Shown here: piece after piece, positions 37,698 to 47,339 of the stretch
Position numbering within the stretch: the first letter of the stretch is position 1
How the letters are laid out: every line of letters starts with the position of its first letter
Assembly: GCA_964371255.1 (NCBI GenBank)
Contig: CAYJKV010000004.1
Span: 39,613 to 103,612, forward strand
Length of the DNA: 64,000 nt
Direction of reading: 5' to 3'
From: an uncultured Candidatus Saccharibacteria bacterium
Lineage (GTDB): Bacteria; Patescibacteriota; Andersenbacteria; UBA10190
Made by a program: the position numbers and the translations under genes
Notes under the pieces: generated by a model
Seen by the model: the letters and a program-made list of their open reading frames with translations, nothing else
What the model was told of the DNA's origin: nothing
The model's database searches: none

Positions 37698-38744
37698 ATG
37701 CCCAAGCAGAAAGTAAAAACACAAGAAACAATAAACGTGCAGCGGAACGAGGCGGTGGCCTTAGCAGTGGAAGAAATTAAGGAGCGGTTTGGAGAAGGGG
37801 CGATTATGAAATTGGGTGAGGCGAAGAAAGTTGATATTGACGCGATTAGTACGGGCTCCATTTCGTTGGATATTGCTCTCGGAATCGGCGGCGTGCCGCG
37901 AGGCAGAATTGTGGAGATATACGGTCCGGAATCGAGCGGTAAATCAACTCTAGCCCTGCATATATCAGCCAGTGCTCAGAGGAAGGGTGGTACGGTGGCC
38001 TATGTTGATGCGGAACATGCACTGGACCCCAACTATGCCAAGAAACTTGGGGTACAAGTTGATGACCTGCTGATTAGTCAGCCGGATACAGGTGAGCAGG
38101 CGTTAGAAATCGTGGAAACATTAGTTTCTTCAGCAGCGATTGACCTGGTGGTGATAGATTCGGTAGCGGCGTTAACCCCGCGGGCGGAAATTGAAGGAGA
38201 GATGGGCGATTCACATATGGGTTTACAAGCGCGATTAATGAGCCAGGCGCTGCGAAAACTGACTGCTATCACAGCCAAATCCAACACAACAGTTATTTTC
38301 ATTAACCAGATTCGCATGCAGATAGGAGTTATGTTTGGCAATCCGGAGACCACGACTGGTGGAAAAGCATTAAAGTTTTATTCGAGCGTGCGCCTAGAAG
38401 TGAGGCGGCGGGCACAAATAAAGCTGGGAGAGAAAATAATCGGTAACCGCGTATACGCAAAGGTAGTCAAGAATAAAGTGGCGCCGCCGTTCAAGGTGGC
38501 TGAGTTTGATATTATGTATAACGAAGGGATTAGTTGGGAGGGAGACTTGGTGGATAAAGGGATTGAATATAAGTTAATCCAAAAGGCCGGCAGCTGGTTG
38601 TCTTACGGGGAGCAGAAGCTAGGACAAGGGAGGGAAGCTTCGAAACGATATTTACGGACAGACAAAAAATTAGCAAAAAAAATTGAAGAAGAAATTTGGC
38701 AAGCGGTGGAGAGGGAAGAGAAAGACAGCAACGAGAAAGGATAG
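37698..38744 (+). CDS. recA: recombinase RecA
   Basis: [47 protein letters not shown] and [38 protein letters not shown] match RecA. The likely start is MPKQK at 37698, inside the longer ORF. Confidence 0.95.
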   Translation: MPKQKVKTQETINVQRNEAVALAVEEIKERFGEGAIMKLGEAKKVDIDAISTGSISLDIALGIGGVPRGRIVEIYGPESSGKSTLALHISASAQRKGGTVAYVDAEHALDPNYAKKLGVQVDDLLISQPDTGEQALEIVETLVSSAAIDLVVIDSVAALTPRAEIEGEMGDSHMGLQARLMSQALRKLTAITAKSNTTVIFINQIRMQIGVMFGNPETTTGGKALKFYSSVRLEVRRRAQIKLGEKIIGNRVYAKVVKNKVAPPFKVAEFDIMYNEGISWEGDLVDKGIEYKLIQKAGSWLSYGEQKLGQGREASKRYLRTDKKLAKKIEEEIWQAVEREEKDSNEKG

Positions 38745-38769
38745 TTCGCTTGAAGTGCGGCAAAGAAAC

Positions 38770-39099
38770 TTAGCGGGGCAAGTCCTGGTTTTGTAAAAGC
38801 GTTTCCAGGCTATCGTCAGGAGCCATTTTATTGCGGCGAACGAGGCCACAGACTTCACATTCTTGAATCAAATCTAGTTTGGTCGGGTCTGTTCCTTCAT
38901 ACGAAATGGTCGGCATCAGGCCATGACATGAAGCGGAGCGATCGCCGGGGACGCGGCCGTCAACATGTTTACTGGTCAGGCAATGGGGACAGTGGTTGCG
39001 AAATGTTTGGGGAGCAGGCGGGACGTTGGCATCGCACTTGGCGCAGATAAAGGGATCATTACGGGGGATGAAGTTGCGACGAGAATTTTCAATTTTCAT
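38770..39099 (-). CDS. RNHCP domain-containing protein
   Basis: FRNHCPHCLTSKHVD...ECEVCG is the RNHCP zinc-ribbon-like signature. Its first codons (MKIENS) are encoded by the AT-rich dispersed element. Confidence 0.7.
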   Translation of the reverse strand: MKIENSRRNFIPRNDPFICAKCDANVPPAPQTFRNHCPHCLTSKHVDGRVPGDRSASCHGLMPTISYEGTDPTKLDLIQECEVCGLVRRNKMAPDDSLETLLQNQDLPR

Positions 39100-39185
39100 T
39101 TTTCAATTTTCAAATAATTTCAAGCAGTCAATTTTCAACCTGACACTGTTTGCGAATTGAAAATTGGGTTTTGAAAATTGGTTAT
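39088..39185. repeat. AT-rich dispersed element, short copy C
   Basis: gaattttcaattttcatttttcaattttcaaataattt...ttgcgaattgaaaattgggttttgaaaattgg shares both termini with copies A and B. Confidence 0.6.
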
Positions 39186-39191
39186 TGTGGT

Positions 39192-39410
39192 CTATTGTCC
39201 TCGATAACCAAGTAGTCCCATTTCTCTGGCGCGTTTGATCTCGCGGGAGAGGTGTCGCTGGTGCTTGGCGCAGCTGCCGGTCTTTTTGCGAGGCAATATT
39301 TTCTTTTGTCCGCTAATAAAATGCTGGAGCACTTCGGTGTCACGAAAGGTGACCTGTTTAATACGTTTGGCGCAAAGTAAGCAGGAGGTGTTGATTGGTT
39401 TTGAACGCAT
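39192..39410 (-). CDS. rpsR: 30S ribosomal protein S18
   Basis: 72 aa. ...LQHFISGQKKILPRKKTGSCAKHQRHLSREIKRAREMGLL matches S18 (KILPRRxTGxxAKxQRxLAxAIKRAR). Confidence 0.9.
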   Translation of the reverse strand: MRSKPINTSCLLCAKRIKQVTFRDTEVLQHFISGQKKILPRKKTGSCAKHQRHLSREIKRAREMGLLGYRGQ

Positions 39411-39422
39411 AAATTTATAAAG

Positions 39423-39893
39423 TTAAAATGGTATGTCTTCGATTCTAATCTCTTCATCACTAATGGTAGCAGGAGCGGCTTCCTCGGCCGATTTAGTGTC
39501 GGAAGACGGCGAAGCGTAAGTGTTAGCAGCGGCACGAGCTGGGGCAGGAGCGGAAGGTGAATCGCCGCGGCTGCCTAACATAATCATGTTGTCGGCAATG
39601 ACTTCAGTGCGGTAATTCTTCTTTCCGTCTTTGCCTTCCCAAGTGCGAGTTTGTAAATGTCCCTCGAGATAAATTTGTTTACCTTTGGTTAGGTACTGGG
39701 CGCAGATTTCTGCCAGGCGCCGCCAGGTAACTACGTTATGGAATTCAGTGCGGTCTTGCTGGTTGCCCTGTTGGTCTTTCCAAACACGATTAGTTGCCAC
39801 ACTGAATGAGGCGACGGTAATACCTTGGGGAGTCGTGCGTACCTCGGGATCGGCAGTGAGCCGGCCGATTAACATAACTTTGTTTAAATCCAT
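39423..39893 (-). CDS. ssb: single-stranded DNA-binding protein
   Basis: OB-fold N-terminus MDLNKVMLIGRLTADPEVRTTPQG...TEFHNVVTWRRLAEI... and an acidic C-terminal tail ending DIPF. Confidence 0.9.
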   Translation of the reverse strand: MDLNKVMLIGRLTADPEVRTTPQGITVASFSVATNRVWKDQQGNQQDRTEFHNVVTWRRLAEICAQYLTKGKQIYLEGHLQTRTWEGKDGKKNYRTEVIADNMIMLGSRGDSPSAPAPARAAANTYASPSSDTKSAEEAAPATISDEEIRIEDIPF

Positions 39894-39913
39894 AATAAAA
39901 AGCTTAGGCTTTT

Positions 39914-39945
39914 AAAATCCAAATGCCAAAATCCAAATGCCAAAC
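39914..39945. repeat. ccaaatgccaaa oligo repeat (aaaatccaaatgccaaaatccaaatgccaaac) in the ssb-rpsF intergenic region
   Basis: Direct read. It is followed by a second short tandem repeat, gaatttgaaatttgggctttgaaatttgacatttgg. Confidence 0.7.
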
Positions 39946-40003
39946 TTTTTTAGATTGGCTTGGGCTTGAATTTGAAATTTGGGCTTTGAAATTTGACATT
40001 TGG

Positions 40004-40453
40004 TCACTTAACTTCTTCTTCCAGGGCTTCCTCAATCTTCTCTTCAACTTCGGCCATGGTCACTTTTTTGCCGACAGGTTTATTGGAGGAGTCTGGAGTT
40101 GGGCTGACGGCGGTCTTTTCCGGGGCGTCAAAAATAGCAGCGGATATTTCTTCGCGGCGGGCAGTTTGTAAGACGGTAACGCGCAGGATATCGGCATGCT
40201 TTTTAAGAGTTGCCTGTAACTCGTTGATTTTTTCTGGATCGAGTTGGATTTGCATAACACGCAGCCAGGCCACTCTTTGATCGGCAATGGGGTAGTTTAG
40301 CCGGCGACGGCTACCGGGAGTATCGGAAGGGGAAGTATAGCTGATCTCACCGCCGATATCGTTGACGATTTTGTCTATAGCTTCATCAAGCTCTTCTTTT
40401 TTTGCTTCATCTAGCCTAGGATCGGCCAAGTAGGTGATCTCGTAATCGTGCAT
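40004..40453 (-). CDS. rpsF: 30S ribosomal protein S6
   Basis: MHDYEITYLADPRLDE...WLRVMQIQLDPEKINEL matches S6. It completes the canonical rpsF-ssb-rpsR order. Confidence 0.9.
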   Translation of the reverse strand: MHDYEITYLADPRLDEAKKEELDEAIDKIVNDIGGEISYTSPSDTPGSRRRLNYPIADQRVAWLRVMQIQLDPEKINELQATLKKHADILRVTVLQTARREEISAAIFDAPEKTAVSPTPDSSNKPVGKKVTMAEVEEKIEEALEEEVK

Positions 40454-40681
40454 TTTTATTAGTCTTTACAATTTATAATGAATGTATTTTAGTATGGTTT
40501 TATCGCCTGATGGTGTTGAAATTAACACGGTTGAGCAGTTTTGTTCAGGCTTTTGCATCCTACTTGAAAAATGTATTTATGTCAAAAAGAGGGTTGATAA
40601 AATTATGACGGGCAGGTAAGTTGTAGAGACTTTAGGAAGAAATTCATAATTTGTTCTCTGCAAAAAGTGAGGAGGAGAAAC

Positions 40682-41020
40682 ATGAGGTTTAAACCCAGGA
40701 AGGTTGGAGAAAGAAGGGACGCGGCTAACTATACCATTGAGGTAGTTATGACGGATACGCTTGGTCGGGAACGCGGCAGTATCAAGGCTTGGCAGGCCAG
40801 AAGGTGGTTGGCACAGATGAACCGGATAAGTCCTAATCAAGCACAGGCTTTGTTAGACCAGGCGGATGAGGCTTATGAAATAGTGCAAGCCAACCGGCGC
40901 GTCTTTGGAAAGTCATGCCAAGGTGACGGGGAAGCAACAAGCGTGTTGACAGACTCATGTATCGACGATACCGTCATTGATGAGGAACCGCAGGAGAGGG
41001 AGAGAAAAGAAAGACGATAG
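40682..41020 (+). CDS. small hypothetical protein
   Basis: Strong SD ggagg 6 nt upstream of the ATG at 40682, and a rho-independent terminator immediately downstream. No family recognised. Confidence 0.45.
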   Translation: MRFKPRKVGERRDAANYTIEVVMTDTLGRERGSIKAWQARRWLAQMNRISPNQAQALLDQADEAYEIVQANRRVFGKSCQGDGEATSVLTDSCIDDTVIDEEPQERERKERR

Positions 41021-41035
41021 CAGAGAAACCTCAAG

Positions 41036-41058
41036 CCCTGAAAAATCAGGGTTTTTTA
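41036..41058 (+). terminator. rho-independent terminator (ccctga-aaaa-tcaggg followed by tttttt)
   Basis: Perfect 6-bp stem, 4-nt loop and T6 tract. It lies between convergent genes. Confidence 0.7.
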
Positions 41059-41143
41059 ATAATAATTAGTGGAAGGAAATCGGAAAATAAGGATGAAGCC
41101 GAGCGAAGGAAAGGAGCGGGGACGGGGAAGAACACGTCATCAG

Positions 41144-42226
41144 CTAGGAGGAGAATTTAAAAAACATAACATCGCCATCTTGGACGAGATAGGTTTTGCC
41201 TTCGTCGCGCACATGGCCGGCGCTGCGGGCAGCTGTGTGCGAACCGGTCTGAACAAGGTCGTCATAAGCGACAGTTTCTGCGCGAATAAATCCTTTCTCC
41301 ATGTCGGAATGGATTTGTCCGGCAGCCTCCGGGGCGAGGGCACCGCGTGGTACAGTCCAGGCTCTTGTTTCGGTGGGGCCAGAGGTGAAGAAAGTGATGA
41401 GGTGAAGAAGGGCATAGCCTGCTTGAACCAAGCGGTCCAGACCGGTATTGGTCAGACCATATTCCCGCAGGAAGATTATTCGTTCGTCATCGGGCAATTG
41501 CACCAGCTCCTGCTCAATCTTGACGGAGATGGGCAGGACGTGGTCGGTGTGGCTAAAGACGGCGGAGAACTCTTCGGGAGACAAAGATATTTGCTGGTCG
41601 CTAACGTTGGCGATGTATAGAACGGGCTTGCTGGTCAGGAGAGGAATAGTTTTATTGAGTTCAGTTTCTTCGGGAGTGAGAGGCAGGGTGCGAGCGGGCT
41701 GGTTGGCATTCAAATGTTCGGATATTTTAGCTAATAACACATCAAGTGCTTGGGCGGATTTATCGTTGCCCCTGATTTTTTTATCAAGGTTAGTGCGCAT
41801 TTTATCGACGACAGATAAATCGGCTAAGATAAGTTCAGTATTAATGATATCAACGTCGCGTTTGGGGTCGACAGTTTGTTCGACGTGGATGATAGTTGAG
41901 TTGTCAAAGAAACGAACGACATGAACGATGGCATCAACTTCCCGGATATTGGCCAGGAATTGATTACCTAATCCTTCGCCTTGGTGAGCGTTTTTAACCA
42001 AACCGGCAATGTCGACGAACTCTATGGTAGTGGGAGTAATTTTAGCTGACTTGGATAGCACTGATAATTTATTGAGACGTTCATCAGGTACGGCAACAAC
42101 ACCGACATTAGGAGTAATGGTGGTGAACGGGACGTTTTGCGCTTTGGCTGCCTGTTTGGTTAAAGCGTTAAAAAGAGTGGATTTACCCACGTTAGGCAGA
42201 CCAATGATCCCAAGAGAAAGTGGCAC
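41144..42226 (-). CDS. ychF: ribosome-binding ATPase YchF (Obg-like GTPase family)
   Basis: G1 GIIGLPNVGKSTLFNALT, a TGS/YchF C-terminal domain (…GALAPEAAGQIHSDMEKGFIRAETVAYDDL…), 360 aa. Confidence 0.9.
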   Translation of the reverse strand: MPLSLGIIGLPNVGKSTLFNALTKQAAKAQNVPFTTITPNVGVVAVPDERLNKLSVLSKSAKITPTTIEFVDIAGLVKNAHQGEGLGNQFLANIREVDAIVHVVRFFDNSTIIHVEQTVDPKRDVDIINTELILADLSVVDKMRTNLDKKIRGNDKSAQALDVLLAKISEHLNANQPARTLPLTPEETELNKTIPLLTSKPVLYIANVSDQQISLSPEEFSAVFSHTDHVLPISVKIEQELVQLPDDERIIFLREYGLTNTGLDRLVQAGYALLHLITFFTSGPTETRAWTVPRGALAPEAAGQIHSDMEKGFIRAETVAYDDLVQTGSHTAARSAGHVRDEGKTYLVQDGDVMFFKFSS

Positions 42227-42375
42227 AGGGGTTAATTTAGGCTATTAAGCGCGTATGTCATGGTTTTGACCTTACCATAATACAGTCTGTTTGGCAAGGT
42301 GACATAAAAGTGCTAAGATCGATTGTTAGTTTGTACTTTTCACCGAGACAAATAAACGTCTCACCGCATACAGGA

Positions 42376-43041
42376 GAATACCAAATGTCTACTACGGCCG
42401 TTTCCAATCGGGACAAGTTAGCTAAAGTTCTAGCCGGCTTGTCTGACATTCAGATTGACGCTGTTACACCATTGTTCGAAGACGTCGCCGAAGCGGCACG
42501 GACCGATAACTGTCTCAACCGTGTATCACGCGACAAGTTCAGGCGAGATCTTAACCTTAAACGCCTCCTCAACCCCACCATCACCGAGCTCGTCGGCATA
42601 GTTCTTGCTCCGAAGGACACACCTCTCGCCGACCGCATCAATGACGGCGATTACAAAGGCGGAGTCAACTCTGACATTACGGCCGAGTGTTTTCCAATCA
42701 CTCACGACGCCGGTCCTGTGCCCCTGGTACTCGCCGACTTTGGGTCCGAAGTAAGCAGTGAAGAGGTTGAACAATGGTGCCAGGCCGATGGTGGCTACGA
42801 AGTAGCCTATCCAGAAGATGGTTTGGCTGTCGGCGCTACTTCTCAGCACCAACACCTCCAGCTACAAAATCCCATTGTTGTGCTCGGAGGTCCTCCCGCG
42901 TTTCTGGGCGGTGCTCGTCGTGTGCTCTACTTCTTCGGGTGGGGTGACGGGCGTCGTCTGCACCTGCACTGCTACGGCAGCAGGTGGTACGGCTACTGTC
43001 GTTTTCTCCTCCGCAAGGTATCTAAGCCCTCGGGCTCTTGA
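42376..43041 (+). CDS. hypothetical protein (island-associated; possibly frameshifted at the 3-prime end)
   Basis: SD aggaga 7 nt before the ATG at 42376. The codon style differs from the backbone. An overlapping alternative frame is open at 42818..43171, so there may be a frameshift or pseudogene. Confidence 0.35.
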   Translation, partial: EYQMSTTAVSNRDKLAKVLAGLSDIQIDAVTPLFEDVAEAARTDNCLNRVSRDKFRRDLNLKRLLNPTITELVGIVLAPKDTPLADRINDGDYKGGVNSDITAECFPITHDAGPVPLVLADFGSEVSSEEVEQWCQADGGYEVAYPEDGLAVGATSQHQHLQLQNPIVVLGGPPAFLGGARRVLYFFGWGDGRRLHLHCYGSRWYGYCRFLLRKVSKPSGS

Positions 43042-43095
43042 TACCTCAGAACTTGGCTGCCACTTGGTCCCTTCCGTCGTTCGTCGTTCTTTCGT

Positions 43096-43136
43096 CCCTC
43101 AACGAAGACTAAACATCTTTCGCGAGGGATTTTTAT
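43096..43136 (+). terminator. candidate rho-independent terminator (ccctc...gaggg followed by ttttt, with a nested hairpin)
   Basis: ccctcaacgaagactaaacatctttcgcgagggattttta. It has a long loop, so confidence is lower. Confidence 0.35.
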
Positions 43137-43192
43137 TTATCCAGAATTGTATTAAGGTAAAAAATGGATAGTAGGTGTGTATTTTAAGCTAC

Positions 43193-43480
43193 GGGTTGCG
43201 CTTTAATAATTCTGCCCAAAGAATCACGCTGTAATATCACTCGCGCCTTTCTCGGTTTCGGAATTGGCAGTCTGAAGGTGGTTTCTAAAAGTCGAGTTGC
43301 GTAGTCATGATGCCGATTCTCAACATACGATCCCAACCTTTCGGTGGTTAACGGAATATGACCACATACGTCAACTTGTTTCTGTCCATATACAGTTATC
43401 TTATCAATCAGATCCCTTATAATGGCACGTTTGTTGCTAAAATCAAGTTTTTGAAGTAGGTATTGCGTTGTTAATTGTAG
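43193..43480 (-). pseudogene. C-terminal remnant of a large serine recombinase/integrase (no start codon)
   Basis: The minus-strand frame is open for about 95 codons without a Met: QKLDFSNKRAIIRDLIDKITVYGQKQVDVCGHIPLTTERLGS... This resembles the C-terminal (DUF4368-like) segment of large serine recombinases (…LIxKIxVYxDxIEI…). Stop codons lie on both sides. Confidence 0.35.
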
Positions 43481-43515
43481 TAGTATAATTAATAATATTC
43501 TTCAAAAAACATTCT

Positions 43516-44778
43516 ATGTATCTTCGTTCTACACTAACACTATTGTTTGTCAGTATAGTGGTTTTCGTATCACTACTACTCACAGCACCAGCTTTCGCCT
43601 ACTTGTTAATTGATAGTCACGGTACTGTTTCTAGATTGAGTACACAAGTGTTAGGTGATAGCGACTCTAGCGGTAGTGGGAGTGGCGGCGATGATCAGGG
43701 TGAGGGTGAGACTGGAGAAGACGACGAAGATAATAGCGGTGAGAGTGAAAAGACAGCCGAAGAAGAACAACAAGAGGCAGCCAAGAAAGAGGCCGAGCGA
43801 GTTCGCGAGACTACTAAAGAATCGGAGACTGAAAGCAGTACAGGCGTCAAAACAAAATTAAAGCGAGAAGATGATGGTCGAATGAAGACAGAGGTTAGGT
43901 TACAGGACGGTACGAGGATAAAAACAGAAACCCGTGCTGGCGGAGCGCGTACGGATGTATACAACGGCACGACTAAAATTCGTTTTGAGCGCGAAGGTGA
44001 CCGATTTCGCATCAAAGCGGAAAATGAATTGGGACAAGAAATTGAACTGGAAGAGCGTGAAGGTGATGATCTAGATACCGAAGAAGACAATGAAGCTGAA
44101 CTTAAAGGCACTTTAGTTAAAGTTGATAACGTCTTTCAACTGACTTCCAGCGGTGTAACGTACATTCTTCTACCTACTGAAGGTTTGGTTCTTGATAGCC
44201 TTGTTGGCCAATTTGTAGAAGTTGAGGGCATCCCAACTGCTGAATCACCTACGACGCTAACTATTACCAAGGCCAAACTTGAAAATACTGACGAGACTGA
44301 AGATGAAATTGTAGTTGAAGGGCGAGCTGATCTGTTAAAGATTCGTGCCCTCCAAAACAAAGCTATTATCGAGCGTCTTAATGTTCAGGCACTAACTGAT
44401 CTGCCGCTCTCGGTTGATCTGACCACTAATATATTGACTGTTACTACTCCTGCTGGTGAAAAACAGGTTACGGTTCTGCCTGATCAGGCCGTACAAAATA
44501 TGTTAGCGGCCAATGCCATTGATCGCTTAGGCGGGGAAGCACTTGTTGAAGAAGTGCGTCAAGGAAATATTCAAACCCTCGGCCAGGTGGTTGAACTAGG
44601 GCTGCGCAACAATGTGCCTGTTTACCAGGTTCAAGGTATTAAGAATCATCGCTTCTTAGGATTCTTTCCTGTGACGACTGACGTTACAGTAACGGTTTCG
44701 GCTGAGACTGGCGAGATTGTGGATACGAACCAGTCGCTCGGAGCTACTATACTTGATTTCTTCTCGATTTCGGCGTAA
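43516..44778 (+). CDS. secreted or membrane-anchored protein with a highly acidic Gly/Asp/Glu-rich region (hypothetical)
   Basis: N-terminal TM or signal (LTLLFVSIVVFVSLLLTAPAFAYLL), then GSGSGGDDQGEGETGEDDEDNSGESEKTAEEEQQEAAKKEAER..., 420 aa. Confidence 0.55.
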   Translation: MYLRSTLTLLFVSIVVFVSLLLTAPAFAYLLIDSHGTVSRLSTQVLGDSDSSGSGSGGDDQGEGETGEDDEDNSGESEKTAEEEQQEAAKKEAERVRETTKESETESSTGVKTKLKREDDGRMKTEVRLQDGTRIKTETRAGGARTDVYNGTTKIRFEREGDRFRIKAENELGQEIELEEREGDDLDTEEDNEAELKGTLVKVDNVFQLTSSGVTYILLPTEGLVLDSLVGQFVEVEGIPTAESPTTLTITKAKLENTDETEDEIVVEGRADLLKIRALQNKAIIERLNVQALTDLPLSVDLTTNILTVTTPAGEKQVTVLPDQAVQNMLAANAIDRLGGEALVEEVRQGNIQTLGQVVELGLRNNVPVYQVQGIKNHRFLGFFPVTTDVTVTVSAETGEIVDTNQSLGATILDFFSISA

Positions 44779-44874
44779 GCAGCTCTGCGTGCCCATACAT
44801 TTGGACCAAGAAAACTACAGTAGACTGCACGGCTTTACACATTTATTATTGGAGCCTTGGAGCGGACAATGCGG

Positions 44875-44990
44875 CCTAGCTTGTCCCGTTGGGCTATAAG
44901 CTGCTCTTTTCGGGGCTTAGGGCAATCGAATGCCAAGCGGAATTGCATCGGTTCAAAGGTTGGGGTGGTAACGCTCCGATCCCGACTCTC
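44875..44990. repeat. structured repeat element of about 115 nt, copy 1 (5-prime module agcttgtcccgttgggctataagc...cgggg; 3-prime module ggggtggtaacgctccgatcccgactctc)
   Basis: Shares conserved 5-prime and 3-prime modules with 49402..49537; the centre is variable. A partial 5-prime module is at 54264..54296. Confidence 0.65.
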
Positions 44991-45068
44991 AACATATAAC
45001 CGTATTTTACTTATTTAAACTAATCATGTAAAGTTTAATTATAGAATATCATAATTAAAGTTACAATA

Positions 45069-46205
45069 GTGGCAAAAAAACAACAGTTCCAAGCGGGGTA
45101 TTTTCGGCAGCAGGAGGGGTATAAGAGCTTCTTTCCGGCCAAGCTAGACTCCACTTATCGGTGGGCTGATTCTGATATTGATGGTTTATTGGAAGAAGCA
45201 ACTCGTTACTTGGGTGAACTTAACGCTTACTCGCGTCTTGTCCCCGATGTCGATTTTTTTATTGGCATGCATATTTTTAAAGAAGCGATCACGTCTAGTC
45301 GAATTGAAGGTACTAAAACGGCTCTTGACGAAGCGCTTTTACCTGAGGAAGAAGTTAATCCTGAGCGTCGGGACGATTGGACTGAAGTACGAAATTATAT
45401 AAGGGCAATGAATTACGCTATTAATCAATTAGATACGCTACCACTTTCGATGCGTTTAATGAGGGGGGCTCATGCTATCTTATTATCTGGAGTGCGGGGT
45501 GAACATAGAAACCCAGGAGAGGTGCGCAAGAGTCAGAATTGGATTGGAGGATCTAGCTTGAGGGACGCTATTTTTATTCCTCCGCCCGATACTCAAGTGC
45601 CAGAGCTCTTAGCTGGCTTGGAGCGTTTCTTGCATGACAAAAATAGTAAACTACCTAGACTGATAAAAATTGCTATTGGTCATTACCAGTTTGAAACAAT
45701 TCATCCTTTTCTGGATGGTAATGGCCGTATCGGCCGTTTGATGATTACCCTATATCTTGTATCAGAGGGCGTGCTTAGTAGGCCGACTCTCTACTTGTCT
45801 GACTTTTTCGAAAAGCATAAGGGCTCGTACTATGATGCCTTAACAATGGTACGGACTTCCCATAATCTTGATCAGTGGATTAAGTTTTTTTTGGCGGGAG
45901 TCGCTCAGACGGCACGCTCGGGGGCGGTGACATTCGAGGGTATTATCTCATTGCGTCAACGTGCAGAGCAAGGAATTATGACTTTGGGTAAGCGTTCAAA
46001 AACTGGCCAAGCTCTTTTGGAGAAGCTGTTTTCTCAACCAATCGTTAATACAAAACAGGTGGTTGATTTTCTTAATATTTCACCTCCTTCTGCAAATTCA
46101 TTGGTGGCGGCATTCGTTGATCTGGGAATATTACGGGAGGTGACAGGTTATAAACGCAATCGCTTGTTTGAGTTTACTGAATACGTAAAGCTGTTTGAAA
46201 AGTAG
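45069..46205 (+). CDS. Fic family protein (AMPylator/adenylyltransferase; class II with N-terminal inhibitory motif; C-terminal winged helix)
   Basis: Fic core [20 protein letters not shown] (HxFx(D/E)GNGRxxR). Inhibitory motif TSSRIEGT ([ST]xxxE[GN]) upstream of the core. 378 aa. GTG start. Confidence 0.9.
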   Translation: MAKKQQFQAGYFRQQEGYKSFFPAKLDSTYRWADSDIDGLLEEATRYLGELNAYSRLVPDVDFFIGMHIFKEAITSSRIEGTKTALDEALLPEEEVNPERRDDWTEVRNYIRAMNYAINQLDTLPLSMRLMRGAHAILLSGVRGEHRNPGEVRKSQNWIGGSSLRDAIFIPPPDTQVPELLAGLERFLHDKNSKLPRLIKIAIGHYQFETIHPFLDGNGRIGRLMITLYLVSEGVLSRPTLYLSDFFEKHKGSYYDALTMVRTSHNLDQWIKFFLAGVAQTARSGAVTFEGIISLRQRAEQGIMTLGKRSKTGQALLEKLFSQPIVNTKQVVDFLNISPPSANSLVAAFVDLGILREVTGYKRNRLFEFTEYVKLFEK

Positions 46206-46493
46206 TCTTCATAGACTGATCGAGCTGATCTGTATCAAGCTTTTCAAAAAAGCGCATCAATATCTGAATGCTGGCGGCCTTCCAGCTGTGCTGTTGTTGT
46301 ACGGAGTGAGCAGGTTGTGAGGAGGGGCGGGTAAATAACTTTAGCTGGACAGTCATTACAAAAGTAGCAGATACGTATATGAGCGAAGTCGGCTTTGAAC
46401 GGCAATTATTCCGATCGCTTGCTTGGTTTGTTTTAGCTTAATAAAGCAATATTAGGGACAAGCAGGAGCGTATACTACCTTAGTATTTGATTA

Positions 46494-46522
46494 TTGACAT
46501 GTATGTTGTCTAACGATAATAT
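46494..46522 (+). promoter_or_regulatory. consensus sigma70-type promoter (TTGACA, 17 nt spacer, TAATAT) upstream of the 46607 gene
   Basis: ttgacatgtatgttgtctaacgataatat: perfect -35 hexamer, 17-nt spacer and a 5/6 match at -10. Confidence 0.6.
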
Positions 46523-46606
46523 CGGTTAACTGTTCTCTAGGGTACGTGCTGGTATTGTAGACACGTTGTCTGCCCCTGCACCGCCCGTTAATCGAGGAGC
46601 CATAAT

Positions 46607-47269
46607 ATGGCTACAGCATTCGGACGAGCTAAGAAGGTTATGGAGCAATTGGAACGGCTAAGTGATCAGCAAGCTGACGATCTTATCGACGGCGGCTACA
46701 TCGCGGCCGTGCGAGAAGCCAAACAGTCAGGAACTTTGCCTGACGAAGAGGTGTTTCGTCAGTTTCTTGGCCTAGACAAACGTTTGCGAGGGATGGCAAC
46801 TGTTGATCTCTCCGCTCGGGCAGAGCCGTTCGCAGCAGCCGACTACTTCAAGAATCGCGCTGGTCTGTATATTTGGGATGGGTTCAAGAGCCGAGTGTCG
46901 TCAGTTGCTGGCACGGTAACAACCACACCGGCAACCAAATCTTCCAGCTTCGACCTTAAGAAAAGCAGCGCCGATCAACGGATCCGCGTCGAATTGCCGG
47001 AAGACCATGTATTCCCTGATGCCAGTGTTTTTTGCTCATATCTGGCCGGCATGATCGACCGTCAACCAAACGGTAAAGAAGGAGCTTTGCTGAATAACGG
47101 CCTCGCCAACATTTTCTATGTCAATGTTGATGACCGGGTCGTTGCCGTCTACGTCGGCTGGAATGCTGGTGACCAGTGGTGGGGCGTCGATGCCTGCGGG
47201 TTGGACGTCGATGTCTTCTCGGCGGGTAGCCGTGTTTTCTCTGCGACTGCTGTCGCTAAGGCACTTTGA
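46607..47269 (+). CDS. hypothetical protein (island-associated, downstream of Fic)
   Basis: 220 aa ORF with a strong upstream promoter and a downstream terminator. No recognisable family. GC-richer codon style. Confidence 0.55.
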   Translation: MATAFGRAKKVMEQLERLSDQQADDLIDGGYIAAVREAKQSGTLPDEEVFRQFLGLDKRLRGMATVDLSARAEPFAAADYFKNRAGLYIWDGFKSRVSSVAGTVTTTPATKSSSFDLKKSSADQRIRVELPEDHVFPDASVFCSYLAGMIDRQPNGKEGALLNNGLANIFYVNVDDRVVAVYVGWNAGDQWWGVDACGLDVDVFSAGSRVFSATAVAKAL

Positions 47270-47290
47270 TCTTTTGCTCTTAGACCCTTT

Positions 47291-47339
47291 GCCTCTTTGA
47301 TTCTTTGCGTCACCGCATCGAACCAAAGAGGCTTTTTTG
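47291..47339 (+). terminator. rho-independent terminator (gcctctttg...caaagaggc followed by tttttt)
   Basis: 9-bp perfect stem around a roughly 24-nt loop, followed by T6. Confidence 0.55.

Noticed and set aside
41069-41620. 183-aa plus-strand ORF antisense to ychF
   Set aside because: It is fully contained within the conserved ychF coding region on the opposite strand. No RBS or family match.
42818-43171. Alternative-frame 117-aa ORF overlapping the 3-prime end of the 42376 gene
   Set aside because: It has no independent start signals and is low-complexity (poly-Thr/Ala/Gly). It is more likely the shadow of a frameshift in a decaying island gene than a separate gene. I noted it as a possible pseudogenisation.
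44940-44990. tRNA or tRNA fragment as an integration site in the 44.9 and 49.5 kb repeat (ggttcaaagg...)
   Set aside because: There is no cloverleaf-compatible acceptor/T-arm pairing and no CCA-proximal consensus (GGTTCGANTCC). No tRNA genes were detected anywhere in the window.
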